Assembly: GCA_965261085.1 (NCBI GenBank)
Contig: OZ253442.1
Coordinates: 2,752,001-2,816,000 of the forward strand
Direction of reading: 5' to 3'
DNA length: 64,000 bases
Origin: a bacterium
GTDB lineage: Bacteria; UBA8248
The position numbers and the translations under genes are program-made. This document shows, piece after piece, positions 29,583 through 39,598 of this stretch (within the stretch, counting starts at the first letter, position 1; each line of letters starts with the position of its first letter). Below the pieces are notes generated by a model, which had not been told where the DNA came from, searched no databases, and worked only from the letters and a program-made list of their open reading frames with translations.

Positions 29583-30193
29583 GTGCTCGTCTCCCCATTC
29601 TGACGCACCGCAAGGCTCTTTCGCTCGGGGTGCTGACCCCGCCACTGCTCGAAGAGGTTTTGCTCGAGCCCCAGGCACGTCAGGGTCTTGCCCACGACGT
29701 GATCGATCAGATCCTCCATCGTCTGGGGCTTGAAGTAGAATCCCGGCGATGCAGGAAGAATGAAAACCCCCATCAACGCGAGTTTGTGCATGTTTTCCAG
29801 ATGAATCGCCGAAAGCGGCATTTCGCGCGGCAAGAGAACGAGTTTTTTCTGTTCCTTGAGCATCACGTCCGCCGCGCGGCAGATGAGGTTTTCGCCTGTG
29901 CCTGTGGCAATCTGCCCGAGCGTCTTCAAGGAGCAAGGCGCTATCACCATCGCATCGAAACCAGCGCTCCCGCTCGCGGGACGCGCCCCGATGTCGCTTT
30001 CGGGATGAACGACGCTCGCCCACGAAGACAGCCTGGCGAGGTCCACATCCGTCTCATAGGCCAGAACACGAATCCCCACCTTGGAGACGACCAAGTGGGT
30101 CTCCACCTCGGGATACGCATCGTGTAAAACCTCCATGAGGCGCACACCGTATATCGAGCCCGAAGCACCCGTTACGCCCACAACCAGTTTCAT
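29579..30193 (-). CDS. ubiX: Flavin prenyltransferase
   Basis: GVTGASG, ASGS, APCS, RAADV.LKE, PREMP, PASPGFY. Confidence 0.93.
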   Translation of the reverse strand: MKLVVGVTGASGSIYGVRLMEVLHDAYPEVETHLVVSKVGIRVLAYETDVDLARLSSWASVVHPESDIGARPASGSAGFDAMVIAPCSLKTLGQIATGTGENLICRAADVMLKEQKKLVLLPREMPLSAIHLENMHKLALMGVFILPASPGFYFKPQTMEDLIDHVVGKTLTCLGLEQNLFEQWRGQHPERKSLAVRQNGETST

Positions 30194-30218
30194 CGGAAAA
30201 CCCCGCTCTCCATGAGAT

Positions 30219-31109
30219 TCACAAGCGCGTCTTCGAAACCTTCTCGTAGTCACGATACAACAGGGTGAAATCTTTTTCGATCATTCCGCGTTTAACGGCT
30301 TTTTCCAGAAACTCTAGTGTGGCTTCCCCGTGCACCGTCTGCGCCCTGTGCTTCTTGCCCATTTTAACAGCCATACCGACGTCTTTGATCATGTTGTAGA
30401 CGCGCGACTTGCCGTCCCATTTCTCGGACAATATGTGGTTCGGGAAGCGGAACTGGCTCGCGTAGCTCCTCGCGTTCGATACGTTGAACACGTTGATCAT
30501 GTCCTCCACCTTGAGTCCCACCTTCTCCGCGAGTTTTCCTCCCTCGCAAGTCGCCATGAAGATGGAGTGGCAAACCATGTTGTGGATCAGCTTCATGGCA
30601 TGGCCCGCGCCGCTTTCGCCCAGATAAAAAAGATCGTCGGCTATCGGCTTCAAAAATATTTTCGTCCGGCGATACGCCTTCTCATCCCCGCCTATCATGA
30701 GCGTCAACGTGCCTGCGGCCGCACCCGTGGCGCCCCCACTCATGCCGGCGTCGAGATAAGCCACCCCCTTCGCCTTCGCGCGCCGGGCTATCTGACGGGT
30801 CACAGCAGGGTCCGAACTCGTGAAATCATATAGCACCAGATTCTTTCGCGCGTTCGCCAGAACACCCGTTTTTCCCTTCAAAGACTCATTGATTTCCGGC
30901 GACCCCGGGACCACGAAGAAGATGATGCCCGCCTGAGCGGCCATCTCGCCCGGCTCCATTACCTCAACGCCTCGTTTTTTCTCCCATGGCTCCCTCGCCT
31001 CGGGAGCCACGTCCCAGACCATCAAGGGGGTTTTCGCCTTGTGCAGATTCCCGGTGACGCCGCGCCCCATGTTCCCCAAACCCACCACGCCTACTTTCGC
31101 TTGCGCCAT
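30219..31109 (-). CDS. NAD(P)-dependent beta-hydroxyacid dehydrogenase family
   Basis: GVVGLGNMG, DAGMSGG, KLIHN. Confidence 0.88.
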   Translation of the reverse strand: MAQAKVGVVGLGNMGRGVTGNLHKAKTPLMVWDVAPEAREPWEKKRGVEVMEPGEMAAQAGIIFFVVPGSPEINESLKGKTGVLANARKNLVLYDFTSSDPAVTRQIARRAKAKGVAYLDAGMSGGATGAAAGTLTLMIGGDEKAYRRTKIFLKPIADDLFYLGESGAGHAMKLIHNMVCHSIFMATCEGGKLAEKVGLKVEDMINVFNVSNARSYASQFRFPNHILSEKWDGKSRVYNMIKDVGMAVKMGKKHRAQTVHGEATLEFLEKAVKRGMIEKDFTLLYRDYEKVSKTRL

Positions 31110-31133
31110 CTTTCATTCCTCTCCTTGCCGTGT

Positions 31134-32870
31134 CTAACGGGCCAATTGCTCTTGCGCCGACCCGGGCGAATACATTTTCAGCGGGTCTTTCCCGAAGAAA
31201 ATCTCGCCGTCCTCTCCGCGCGTGAGGCGCGTCACGAAACTGCAATCCACCTCGTTCGTCTCGGGATAATCCAGCCTGAAGTGGGCGCCCCGGCTCTCTT
31301 TCCTGTTCAGGGCGGCGGTGGCGAGCAGTTTCCCCAGAAGCGCCAGATTTCTGACCGAAAGCGCGCTCTCGAGTTCCTGGCCCTTTGTTTTCTCGGATGA
31401 GCGCGCACCAGCATCGAGTCGCATGCGGGGCATTTCCTCGCTCTCGATGCGTTCAAACTCATCCAGCGCATGTTGGCAGCCCTCGGCGTCGCGTAACGGA
31501 CCCAGCTTCTCGTGCGCGAGCATCCGGCAGCGCATGCGCACATCCCTCTGGAGGGGGCCTTCTTTGCGGTGGATAAGCCCTTCCAACCAGGAAAGTTCCG
31601 ATTCGGGAATGCCCCCGAAAACCGGCGGTGTGTCACCGTCACTCTCTTTCACCTGTGCGGAGACCGCCCCTCCGGCCCGCCTTCCGTAGACCAGAGAGGC
31701 CGAGAGTGCTGAACCGCCGATCCGGTTTCCGCCGTGGATGCCGCCCCCCGTCTCGCCCGCGGCCCAAAGGCCAGGCACGCGCGTTTTCCCGTCGACGTCG
31801 ATCTCAAGCCCCCCGAGCCAGGTATGGCTGCCGGGAGCCACCTCCAGGGGCTTTTTGGTGATGTCGATGCCGCGAGAGAGACACGTTTTGTACACGTGGG
31901 GAATCTGTTTCTGGATCGTTTCCATGGGGACGCGGGTGGCGTCCATATAGATGCCGCCCGTGAGGCCCGCGCGGCCCGCGTGGATTTCCTTCGCCATCGC
32001 GAGAATGACCTCGCTGCGCGTGCTTTTTTCCGCCGTGTCCGGGAAATAGCGCTTCAAGAACGCTTCTCCCTCCTGGTTCAGGAATATGGCGCCCGCGTTG
32101 ATGAACCCCGTGGGATGGGGAGCGAAGCCGAAAAGCTCCTCTGGCGCGCAGCACATGGCCTGAAAATCGATCATCTCGATGCCGAGGAGAGGAGCGCCCG
32201 CCCGGAAGCCCAGCACGTAGCCGTCGCCCGTCACCTGGGGCGGATTGTCGTTCACGTAGAAAAGGCCGCTCCCGCCTCCAGTGGCCAGAATCACCTCGCG
32301 CGCAGCGTAGACCATGAGACAACCGCGCGAGTAGTCCACCCCCCAGGCGCCGATGACGCGGCCTTCCTCCATGATGAGATCCACAATAGCCACATGGGGA
32401 TGCTGCCCGATGCGGGCGTCGGCCCTGAGCCTCTTCGAGAGCACTTTCGTGATCATGTTGCCCGTGGTGTCGTGGTGGTGCAGGGCGCGGGGATAGGTGT
32501 GGCTCGGGAACATCTTGAGGTCGAGATCCCCGTTGTCATCCGTAATGAACTCCGCCCCCCATTCGCGCAGGTCGCGCACGACGTCGATGATGTCGTACAC
32601 CCAGGTTTTCGCCAGTTCGGGGTCGATGAGCTCGCCGCCGTATTTGAGGATTTCCTCCAAATGCAGATCCGGGCTGTCTCCAGGGGCCATCGCCGCTGCG
32701 AAACCGCCCCTCGCCACGGTCGTCGTGCCGCTCGTGGCCCGACCCTTGGTGGCCTGGATAACACTCACGCCCGCTTGCGCGCACTCGAAGGCGGCCATCG
32801 TGCCCGCCGCACCCCCGCCCACGATCAGCACGTCGGTCTCGTGGCGTTCTTCCGCAATGTTTCCCGCCAT
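31134..32870 (-). CDS. SdhA/FrdA/NadB-family flavoprotein of unknown substrate
   Basis: GGGAAG, LATGG, TGDG, GLWAAGE, GGNR, RKESRGAHFR.DYP. Confidence 0.85.
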   Translation of the reverse strand: MAGNIAEERHETDVLIVGGGAAGTMAAFECAQAGVSVIQATKGRATSGTTTVARGGFAAAMAPGDSPDLHLEEILKYGGELIDPELAKTWVYDIIDVVRDLREWGAEFITDDNGDLDLKMFPSHTYPRALHHHDTTGNMITKVLSKRLRADARIGQHPHVAIVDLIMEEGRVIGAWGVDYSRGCLMVYAAREVILATGGGSGLFYVNDNPPQVTGDGYVLGFRAGAPLLGIEMIDFQAMCCAPEELFGFAPHPTGFINAGAIFLNQEGEAFLKRYFPDTAEKSTRSEVILAMAKEIHAGRAGLTGGIYMDATRVPMETIQKQIPHVYKTCLSRGIDITKKPLEVAPGSHTWLGGLEIDVDGKTRVPGLWAAGETGGGIHGGNRIGGSALSASLVYGRRAGGAVSAQVKESDGDTPPVFGGIPESELSWLEGLIHRKEGPLQRDVRMRCRMLAHEKLGPLRDAEGCQHALDEFERIESEEMPRMRLDAGARSSEKTKGQELESALSVRNLALLGKLLATAALNRKESRGAHFRLDYPETNEVDCSFVTRLTRGEDGEIFFGKDPLKMYSPGSAQEQLAR

Positions 32871-32974
32871 CTGAATCGTCCTTTCGCGCCAATGATTTGG
32901 AAAGAATACTGATTATGGAGGGCATCTTAAAACATTTCTGGGCAAAAGACCCACCACGATGGAGGCGTACTGAT

Positions 32975-34222
32975 TTATACGCTCCGCCCCAGCAACTCGA
33001 TCATCTTATCCGCACACGCATCGGCGAAGTCCGCGTCGTTGATGTGGAGGTCTAGCGTGATGATTTCCCCCGTTTTCAGGTGCTCCTTAAGTGAGGCCGC
33101 AAAGGCGGCGTCCACTTCAGGCTGACGCCAATCTCCCACCTCGCGCCCATCGAGATCGTGGGCCTTTCGCTTCGTGTGCTCGCTGTAGCCTCTCGTGGGT
33201 ATCAGGACAGAGAGAGGCCCTTGGGCGCGGTTGAGCTTTTCCGCCATCAGGACGCCCAGAGCCTCGAACTCCTCCCGGTTGGTGCGCATAAGGAGATTCT
33301 GGGCGTTGTACTGGAAAAACGCTCTTTTTTGATACTTTTCGGGCACCTGCCCCGTCCAGAAATTCGCGTGATCAAGCGCGCCCGGGACGACGACCTGGGG
33401 AATGCCCGCGGCGCCCGCCGCCTCGAGCCTCCCCCCGCCCGCGCTGTAGACGCCGTCCACGTGTAAATCCGTGAGTTCGTGCGTGGTGACGTCCACCACG
33501 CCGGCCAGCTCACCCAGGCCGGCCAGGGATTCGAGCGCACGGCCCCCGGGGCCCGAGGCGTGGAAGAATATGACCTCATAGCCCGCCTCCGTGAGTTTTC
33601 TCTCCACGTGCTCGACGCACGCCGCCGTGCCGCCGAAGGACGACACCCCGATGAGGGGCGGTCCGGAGCGATCGCCCATTACCGCTGCGCCTTCCCGCTT
33701 CACCATTCCCGCGAGAGCAAGGGCGGCGTTTTTCAATACGCCGCGTGTGATGCGATTCAAGGATATATCGCCGATAGAAGGAAACATGATGATGTCGCTC
33801 TCCGCCACATACCATTGCACGGCCGCCGTGGCGGCGACGACACTCACCATCACCTTGGGCGCGAGGGGCGGCAGCACGCGCATGATGGCGCAGGCCATCG
33901 AGGTGCCGTTCGCCCCGCCGAGGCCGACCGCGCCCTGTATTTCACCTTCCTGAAATTTTTCGGCCAGAATCCGCCTGCCGCCTTCCATCATGACTTCAGA
34001 AGCGGCGTTTCTCTCCATGCCGGCCAGCTCTTCCCAACTGCGTCCCGCCGCGGCCGCAACCTCGACCCCGCGGACGTCCCCGCCGCCAGCGTCGTGCGGC
34101 CTGCAGGACAAGTCGACCAGAAGGGAGTTTACACTCGATTCTGCGAGCACATCCGCCAGAAAGCGCGCTTCCGCCCCCTTACTGTCCATCGTCACTAAAA
34201 TCGCCACAGTCGGAATCGACAT
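32975..34222 (-). CDS. Tm-1-like ATP-binding domain protein (UPF0261)
   Basis: TMDSKG.E, GGANGT, LP...PKVMVS, FHASG.GG, DVTTHEL, PGALD, HIND. Confidence 0.88.
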   Translation of the reverse strand: MSIPTVAILVTMDSKGAEARFLADVLAESSVNSLLVDLSCRPHDAGGGDVRGVEVAAAAGRSWEELAGMERNAASEVMMEGGRRILAEKFQEGEIQGAVGLGGANGTSMACAIMRVLPPLAPKVMVSVVAATAAVQWYVAESDIIMFPSIGDISLNRITRGVLKNAALALAGMVKREGAAVMGDRSGPPLIGVSSFGGTAACVEHVERKLTEAGYEVIFFHASGPGGRALESLAGLGELAGVVDVTTHELTDLHVDGVYSAGGGRLEAAGAAGIPQVVVPGALDHANFWTGQVPEKYQKRAFFQYNAQNLLMRTNREEFEALGVLMAEKLNRAQGPLSVLIPTRGYSEHTKRKAHDLDGREVGDWRQPEVDAAFAASLKEHLKTGEIITLDLHINDADFADACADKMIELLGRSV

Positions 34223-34280
34223 TTTCCCCTTACCTGACAAAATTTGCCTTCTCTAAGATTACGCCCGACGCACCTGCGCC

Positions 34281-35117
34281 CTATTTCCGCAACCGAACCG
34301 ACTTGAAGCCCTGCGCCGCCTTGGGCACCGCATCCTCCACTGGAAAACGCTCGGCGGAGGAGCCGCCCACATAGCCATCGAATCGGCTCTCCAAATCGAG
34401 CAGCCGCTCGAAGTCAGCGGGGGTTTCGATTGCGCCCCCGTGGCAGGTGAAGATTCTCTCTTCATATTTCGGCAAAAGGGCGTCGAAGATGGCTGCCGCC
34501 CTTTGAGCGGCATCATCGAGCGGCATCACCGTCTTGGAACCGATGGAGCCGCCCGAGCTGTTCCCGAAATGGATGATGATGTTGTCCACGCCCGCTTCCG
34601 CCATGGCGAGGGCCTCATCCGGCGTGGTCGTAAAAGCTTTGGTGAACATGCCCTTGCGGCTCGCGTATCCCAAAACATCGACTTCTCTGGAAAAGCCCAT
34701 ACCGGTTTCTTCCAGGTCTTTTCTGAAATTTCCATCGATCAGGGCGACCGTGGGGCAGTTCATCACCCCGTGGAAACCGGCCGCATCGATTCTGTCCACG
34801 AATGTGAACATGTTCCTTGTGGGGTCTGTCCCCAGAAGGCCCGCTACCACGGGACACTCCCTCACCACGTTCAAGATGGAGCGCTCGCCCAGTTCGAGCG
34901 TGATGGCGTTCGCGTCTCCGATGGGCAGGTAGCCCGCCATCGAACTCAGGCCCTGCATCCGGTAGTAGGCTAGATTGAAGGTGGTGACGAGATCCGCACC
35001 ACCTCGGGCGGCGAATTTCGCCGTGATGCCGCTTCCGCACAGGGCGTCGTAGACAGCGCGTCCGGAGTCCCTCTCGGCCTGCAGGCGGGCTACGATTTCA
35101 TCCCTGGATAGACTCAT
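34281..35117 (-). CDS. PEP-hydrolase-like TIM-barrel protein
   Basis: GITAK, YRMQG.SSMAG.LP.GDAN, PTVALIDG.FR..LEETGM, CHGG, GGSSAER. Confidence 0.88.
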   Translation of the reverse strand: MSLSRDEIVARLQAERDSGRAVYDALCGSGITAKFAARGGADLVTTFNLAYYRMQGLSSMAGYLPIGDANAITLELGERSILNVVRECPVVAGLLGTDPTRNMFTFVDRIDAAGFHGVMNCPTVALIDGNFRKDLEETGMGFSREVDVLGYASRKGMFTKAFTTTPDEALAMAEAGVDNIIIHFGNSSGGSIGSKTVMPLDDAAQRAAAIFDALLPKYEERIFTCHGGAIETPADFERLLDLESRFDGYVGGSSAERFPVEDAVPKAAQGFKSVRLRK

Positions 35118-35341
35118 AATGGAATTAACCTCCAAGTATCAATAATTTAGATGCCATTTTCGAGAGGCTACTCAATATGTCACCACACAAGCGCTTATGA
35201 AAAATAGGCGTATCTCGCGCCAGTAGTATTTTCCACTTGATACCATGTCTGTCTTTGTGTGAGAATAGAGGCATAAAAAGTAGGCGATGTATCGCCTTCA
35301 AAATCATATTGTTCCAAGGATAAGTTCTCGTGGTCCCGTCC

Positions 35342-35383
35342 GCCCGAGCCGCTCCGTCCCGATTGGGGTGGAGCGGCTCGGGG
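35342..35383. repeat. 14-bp perfect inverted repeat (terminator-like or REP-like hairpin)
   Basis: GCCCGAGCCGCTCC...GGAGCGGCTCGGGC between the MoxR operon end and the next operon. Confidence 0.7.
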
Positions 35384-35453
35384 CCACATTAATCCATCGA
35401 GGGGCATGATCCGAACCGCATGAGAGAAGGCTCGGAGAAATCTCCGGCATCCT

Positions 35454-37586
35454 TCAAGTCCTGTCCGCCAGGAACGCCTCGGCGACGAATATCCCTCCCA
35501 GCACGAGAAAAAGAAGCGCGCCTAAGTCGATGAGCCTTAGAATCGAACGCAGCGGATCCGAATCGTTCGCTGGTAAATCGCGCACGTCGAGTTTCTCGAA
35601 TTTTTCCTTGAACGTGCTCATCTCCACGGGGGCGATTTTCGCCTCAGATGCCGGCGCGTTCACGGCCACGAAATGCTTTTCATCGGGCGTGAACACGCGA
35701 TAGAAGCCCGCGCGATAAGCATCCCGGTAGTAGGCGACGGCGCCGCCGCTTCCCGCCTTGCCCAGCCTGAGCCCATCAGCGGGCGCGGCTTCTAAGTCCG
35801 GTGCTTTTTCCATGAATTGAATCGCGCGTTCTTCCTGAGCCGGCCCGCGTATCTGTATCGCCTCCCCGGCACGCCGGATGGGCGCCCTGATTTCAAACGC
35901 CTCCCCCGCATCAGAAGACGAGGATATGCCCTTTCGGGTGCCACCCAGAAAATCTGAAACCCCTCTCATGAACGGCACGAAAACAGGCCGCACGGCGAGG
36001 TCTGCCCAATCACGATCACACGTGGAGCCCCACACCATCACCTGTCCTGAACCCACCGAACCAACCACCAGGGCGGGAGTGCCGTCTGGAAGCTCCAGTA
36101 AAGTCCGTCCACCTCTCGCAGGCTCAAGTGGCGTGATGCGGGCCAGACGCAAGGCGGAGAAAAACCGCCCGCCGTTCACCCCCAGCAAAGAGAAGGCCGG
36201 GTGTGCTTCTTCGCCCTGCGCGATCTTGAGGTTTCGGGACGGGCGCAGCGTTACGGGTCCTCCCGGCGTGGCCGGCAACCAGCCGAGCCCCGCGGCCTTT
36301 TCGCTCGACAACTCGCCCGTGGCCCAGAAAAGACCGCCGCCTTTTTCGACGAAACTCCTCAACCCCTGCCTGCCCTGCTCGGACCAGCGGCCCAGGTTGC
36401 AGGCGATGACGTAGTCGTACTCGTCCCATTGCACGTTGTTCAGTTCATACGACGCCACGACGCGCGTAAGCACCGGGGATTCTCCGCCCAGAGGGGCCGC
36501 GCTCAGGGCATTGACGATGAAAAAGGTCTCGCTGTCCTGGAGCCCGCGCTTTGGATCCCCATCAATGACCAGAGCGCGCAGACGCTTTCCGATGCCTGCC
36601 GCAAAGTAGAATCGGTTCGTCGTGGAGAGGTTATCCGCCGGCAACTGGAGGCGTCCGTAGAGCAGGCCCTTTTCAGGCGCGTTCACCCGAAAACTCACGG
36701 GACTCGTCCCGTTCGGCTCAATGTCCACTTCTAGCGTTTCCTGCAGTTCTTCGCCCACGAACAACTGCACGGGCACTTTGGATTTCTTCTCCTCACCCCG
36801 GTTGAAAACGCGCACGCCGATGGTGAAGGAAAAACCCGCCTTGGGGGGCCAGGGCTTCATCTTCACATCCTGGAGGCTCACATCCTCCACCCCCGCCTCG
36901 GGAGCCACACGCACGAACTGCAGATGCGCATGCGGGTTCCATTGCTTGAGATTGCGAATCTGAAACGACTCCCAATCACCTCGGGCGAAGTCGCTGAAAA
37001 CGACGATGCTTCTCCGCCCAGCCTTGGGCGATGCGTTCTCGAGCGCATGCTGGACGACACGAGCCGGCGTACCCTTGCCGTCGGTCTGGCCGATTCCCTC
37101 AAGCGCCGCCAGAGCGTCCTTTCGCTTCAATTCCTTCAGCGGAACGGTAAGAGATTCACCGACGGTCGTCGCGATGCTCATGCGATCCGAATCGGACATG
37201 TCCTCTATCATCCGCTTCACGGCGCGCCTGGCCACGTCGAAACGACTGCCCTTTGCGGTGGAAAACGCCATGCTCGCCGAGTTGTCGATCACGGCGACGG
37301 TGTGGGCGGGAAACCAACCGCCGCTCGACACGCCTCCTTCGGTCGCCAGGAGAGGGCGCGACGCCAGGAAGATGACGATTCCCACGGCGCACACCCGCAA
37401 AAACAGGAGTATCCAGTTTCTGAGCCTGCTGCGATTCGTGATGCGGCGTTGTGTTCTGAGCAGGAACTCGAAAGTGGGGAGCCGGTACCTGCGGACGAGG
37501 CGCCTCCTCAGCAGGTGAATCAGGATGGGCAGAAAAACGAGTCCCATCCCCCAAAGAAGCGCGCCGTGTAAAAATTGAAAATCCAA
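35454..37586 (-). CDS. BatA-domain / vWA / GATase-like membrane protein
   Basis: PILIHLL..R BatA N-terminus, DNSASM MIDAS, FSD, C-terminal TM. Confidence 0.85.
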   Translation of the reverse strand: MDFQFLHGALLWGMGLVFLPILIHLLRRRLVRRYRLPTFEFLLRTQRRITNRSRLRNWILLFLRVCAVGIVIFLASRPLLATEGGVSSGGWFPAHTVAVIDNSASMAFSTAKGSRFDVARRAVKRMIEDMSDSDRMSIATTVGESLTVPLKELKRKDALAALEGIGQTDGKGTPARVVQHALENASPKAGRRSIVVFSDFARGDWESFQIRNLKQWNPHAHLQFVRVAPEAGVEDVSLQDVKMKPWPPKAGFSFTIGVRVFNRGEEKKSKVPVQLFVGEELQETLEVDIEPNGTSPVSFRVNAPEKGLLYGRLQLPADNLSTTNRFYFAAGIGKRLRALVIDGDPKRGLQDSETFFIVNALSAAPLGGESPVLTRVVASYELNNVQWDEYDYVIACNLGRWSEQGRQGLRSFVEKGGGLFWATGELSSEKAAGLGWLPATPGGPVTLRPSRNLKIAQGEEAHPAFSLLGVNGGRFFSALRLARITPLEPARGGRTLLELPDGTPALVVGSVGSGQVMVWGSTCDRDWADLAVRPVFVPFMRGVSDFLGGTRKGISSSSDAGEAFEIRAPIRRAGEAIQIRGPAQEERAIQFMEKAPDLEAAPADGLRLGKAGSGGAVAYYRDAYRAGFYRVFTPDEKHFVAVNAPASEAKIAPVEMSTFKEKFEKLDVRDLPANDSDPLRSILRLIDLGALLFLVLGGIFVAEAFLADRT

Positions 37587-37610
37587 GTTCGCCTTCTCCC
37601 AAACGCCTCG

Positions 37611-38504
37611 CTACACCTTCGAGCGGCTGCGCCACGCCAGAAAGCGGATGAGGCCCCTGTCCAGCGGCTCGGCCGTCGAGATGAGATGATAGTCCACCCC
37701 TATATCCGCACATCGCTCGCGCGTTTGCTCCAGAAACTCTTCCAAAAGTCCGAGGTAGGGCCGCTTCACCACCTCGCATTCCACCGTGATGTTCCTGTCC
37801 GTCTCGACGTCATCCACCCTGGCGAGACCCTCGAAAGGAAAATCGAGTTCCATGCTGTCGAGAATGTGGAAGACGATGACGTCGTTTCCCTTCAGACACA
37901 GCAGTTTGAGCGCTTTTTCCACGCTTTCGGGGTCATCGAGCAGATCGGAAACGATGATGACGAGTCCCCTTCGCTTCAGGCGCTCCGCCAGGGCGAGCAT
38001 CGAGCGGGCGATTCCGGTTCCCCCGCCGGGCGTGGCCGCCTGAAGGCCCGCCAAAAGGACCAGGAGGTGTCTCTTGACGGCCTTGGGCGGGACCTGCGTA
38101 TCTTCCGCATCATGGGAAATCACCAAGCCCACCGAATCGGACTGACCCAGCAGCAAGTGCGCCATCGCTGAGGAGAGCGTGGCAGCATATCCCCACTTGC
38201 TCAGGGGACCATCCCCGAAATCCATCGAAGCGCTGGCGTCGATGACGAGATGCGCGTAGAGGTTCGTCTCATCCTCATATTGTTTCACAAGGTAGCGGTC
38301 GAATTTCCCGTAAGCTTTCCAGTCGATGTGCCGGAGTTCATCGCCCGGGCTGTACGCCCTGTGTTCCTCGAAATCGACGCTGAAGCCCCGTGAACGGCTC
38401 CTGTGCACGCCGCTCATCAAGCCCTCGACCACGTGGTGGGCCCGTAGCTGGAGATTGGATAATCGTGAGATGACGACGGGGTCGAAATACAGATCCGAGT
38501 TCAA
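37611..38504 (-). CDS. DUF58 family protein
   Basis: G.HRS...G.S.DF.EHR.Y.PGDELR.IDWK, DASASM; TTG start after AAGGGG. Confidence 0.9.
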   Translation of the reverse strand: MNSDLYFDPVVISRLSNLQLRAHHVVEGLMSGVHRSRSRGFSVDFEEHRAYSPGDELRHIDWKAYGKFDRYLVKQYEDETNLYAHLVIDASASMDFGDGPLSKWGYAATLSSAMAHLLLGQSDSVGLVISHDAEDTQVPPKAVKRHLLVLLAGLQAATPGGGTGIARSMLALAERLKRRGLVIIVSDLLDDPESVEKALKLLCLKGNDVIVFHILDSMELDFPFEGLARVDDVETDRNITVECEVVKRPYLGLLEEFLEQTRERCADIGVDYHLISTAEPLDRGLIRFLAWRSRSKV

Positions 38505-38527
38505 AGCGATCCCCTTAGAGGAGGCGT

Positions 38528-39580
38528 CTACGCGGCTTCGGTGGCCTCCGCCGGGGGCGCGACGGTCTCGAGCAGTTGCCGTATCAGGGATACGGAACCA
38601 TGACCTTCCGCCTGACCGCGGAAGTTCACCAGAATCCGGTGCCGCAGTACGGGTTCGGCCAACGCCCGCACGTCCTCGATGGTGGCCGCGTAGCGTCCCC
38701 GGAGCAGCGCCCGCGCCCGCGCCCCCAGAATCAGATACTGACTCGCCCTCGGCCCCGCGCCCCACTCCACATAATGGCGAACAAAATCCGGAGCCGTTTC
38801 ATCGTCGGGGCGGGATGCGCGCGCGAGTGACACCGCGTATTCCACCACGTAAGGAGCCGCAGGCACACGCCGCACCAATCCCTGAAACGCCAGAATCTGC
38901 TCGTTGTCCATAATCTCTTCGAGCTTCGGGTCATAGTTCGAGGTCGTTTGCGCGACGATCTCCTTCTCCTCCGCGAGGCTGGGATACGACACCCCTATCT
39001 CGAACATGAACCTGTCCAACTGCGCTTCGGGCAGCGGGTATGTGCCTTCCTGCTCCACGGGGTTCTGGGTCGCGAGAACGAAAAACGGCGGATTCAGATA
39101 GTGCGTCTGCCCACCGGCCGTCACGTGCAGTTCCTGCATGGCCTGCAAAAGGGCCGCCTGCGTTTTGGGTGAAGTGCGGTTGATCTCATCCGCCAGTAAA
39201 ATCTGGGTGAAAATAGGTCCCCGAATGAAGCGAAAAGAGCGTCTCCCCTCGGTGGTGTCGTCCAGTATGTCCGTACCCGTGATGTCCGAGGGCATCAGAT
39301 CGGGCGTGAACTGGATGCGGTTGAAATCGAGCCGCAACACGCGTGCCAGAGTGCGTATGAGCAAGGTTTTCGCCAGACCCGGCACGCCGACCAGAAGAGA
39401 GTGGCCTTTAGAAAGCAGGGCTATCAGAACCAGATCGATGACCTCCGCCTGACCGACGATGATCTTGTGCACCTGCTCCAGTATGGCGTCGCGCTTCAGG
39501 CCGATCTCGCGAGCTAGCTCCACGTCCATCTCGCTCATGTTCGATTCTTCGTTTCTTACTTCATCTGTCACGTCGTTCAT
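38528..39580 (-). CDS. moxR: MoxR family AAA+ ATPase
   Basis: [48 protein letters not shown]. Confidence 0.95.
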   Translation of the reverse strand: MNDVTDEVRNEESNMSEMDVELAREIGLKRDAILEQVHKIIVGQAEVIDLVLIALLSKGHSLLVGVPGLAKTLLIRTLARVLRLDFNRIQFTPDLMPSDITGTDILDDTTEGRRSFRFIRGPIFTQILLADEINRTSPKTQAALLQAMQELHVTAGGQTHYLNPPFFVLATQNPVEQEGTYPLPEAQLDRFMFEIGVSYPSLAEEKEIVAQTTSNYDPKLEEIMDNEQILAFQGLVRRVPAAPYVVEYAVSLARASRPDDETAPDFVRHYVEWGAGPRASQYLILGARARALLRGRYAATIEDVRALAEPVLRHRILVNFRGQAEGHGSVSLIRQLLETVAPPAEATEAA

Positions 39581-39598
39581 TGCGTATCGCCTCTAGAT

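Noticed and set aside
31134-32870. sdhA or nadB assignment
   Set aside because: Key motifs are altered and no sdhBCD or nadAC neighbours are present
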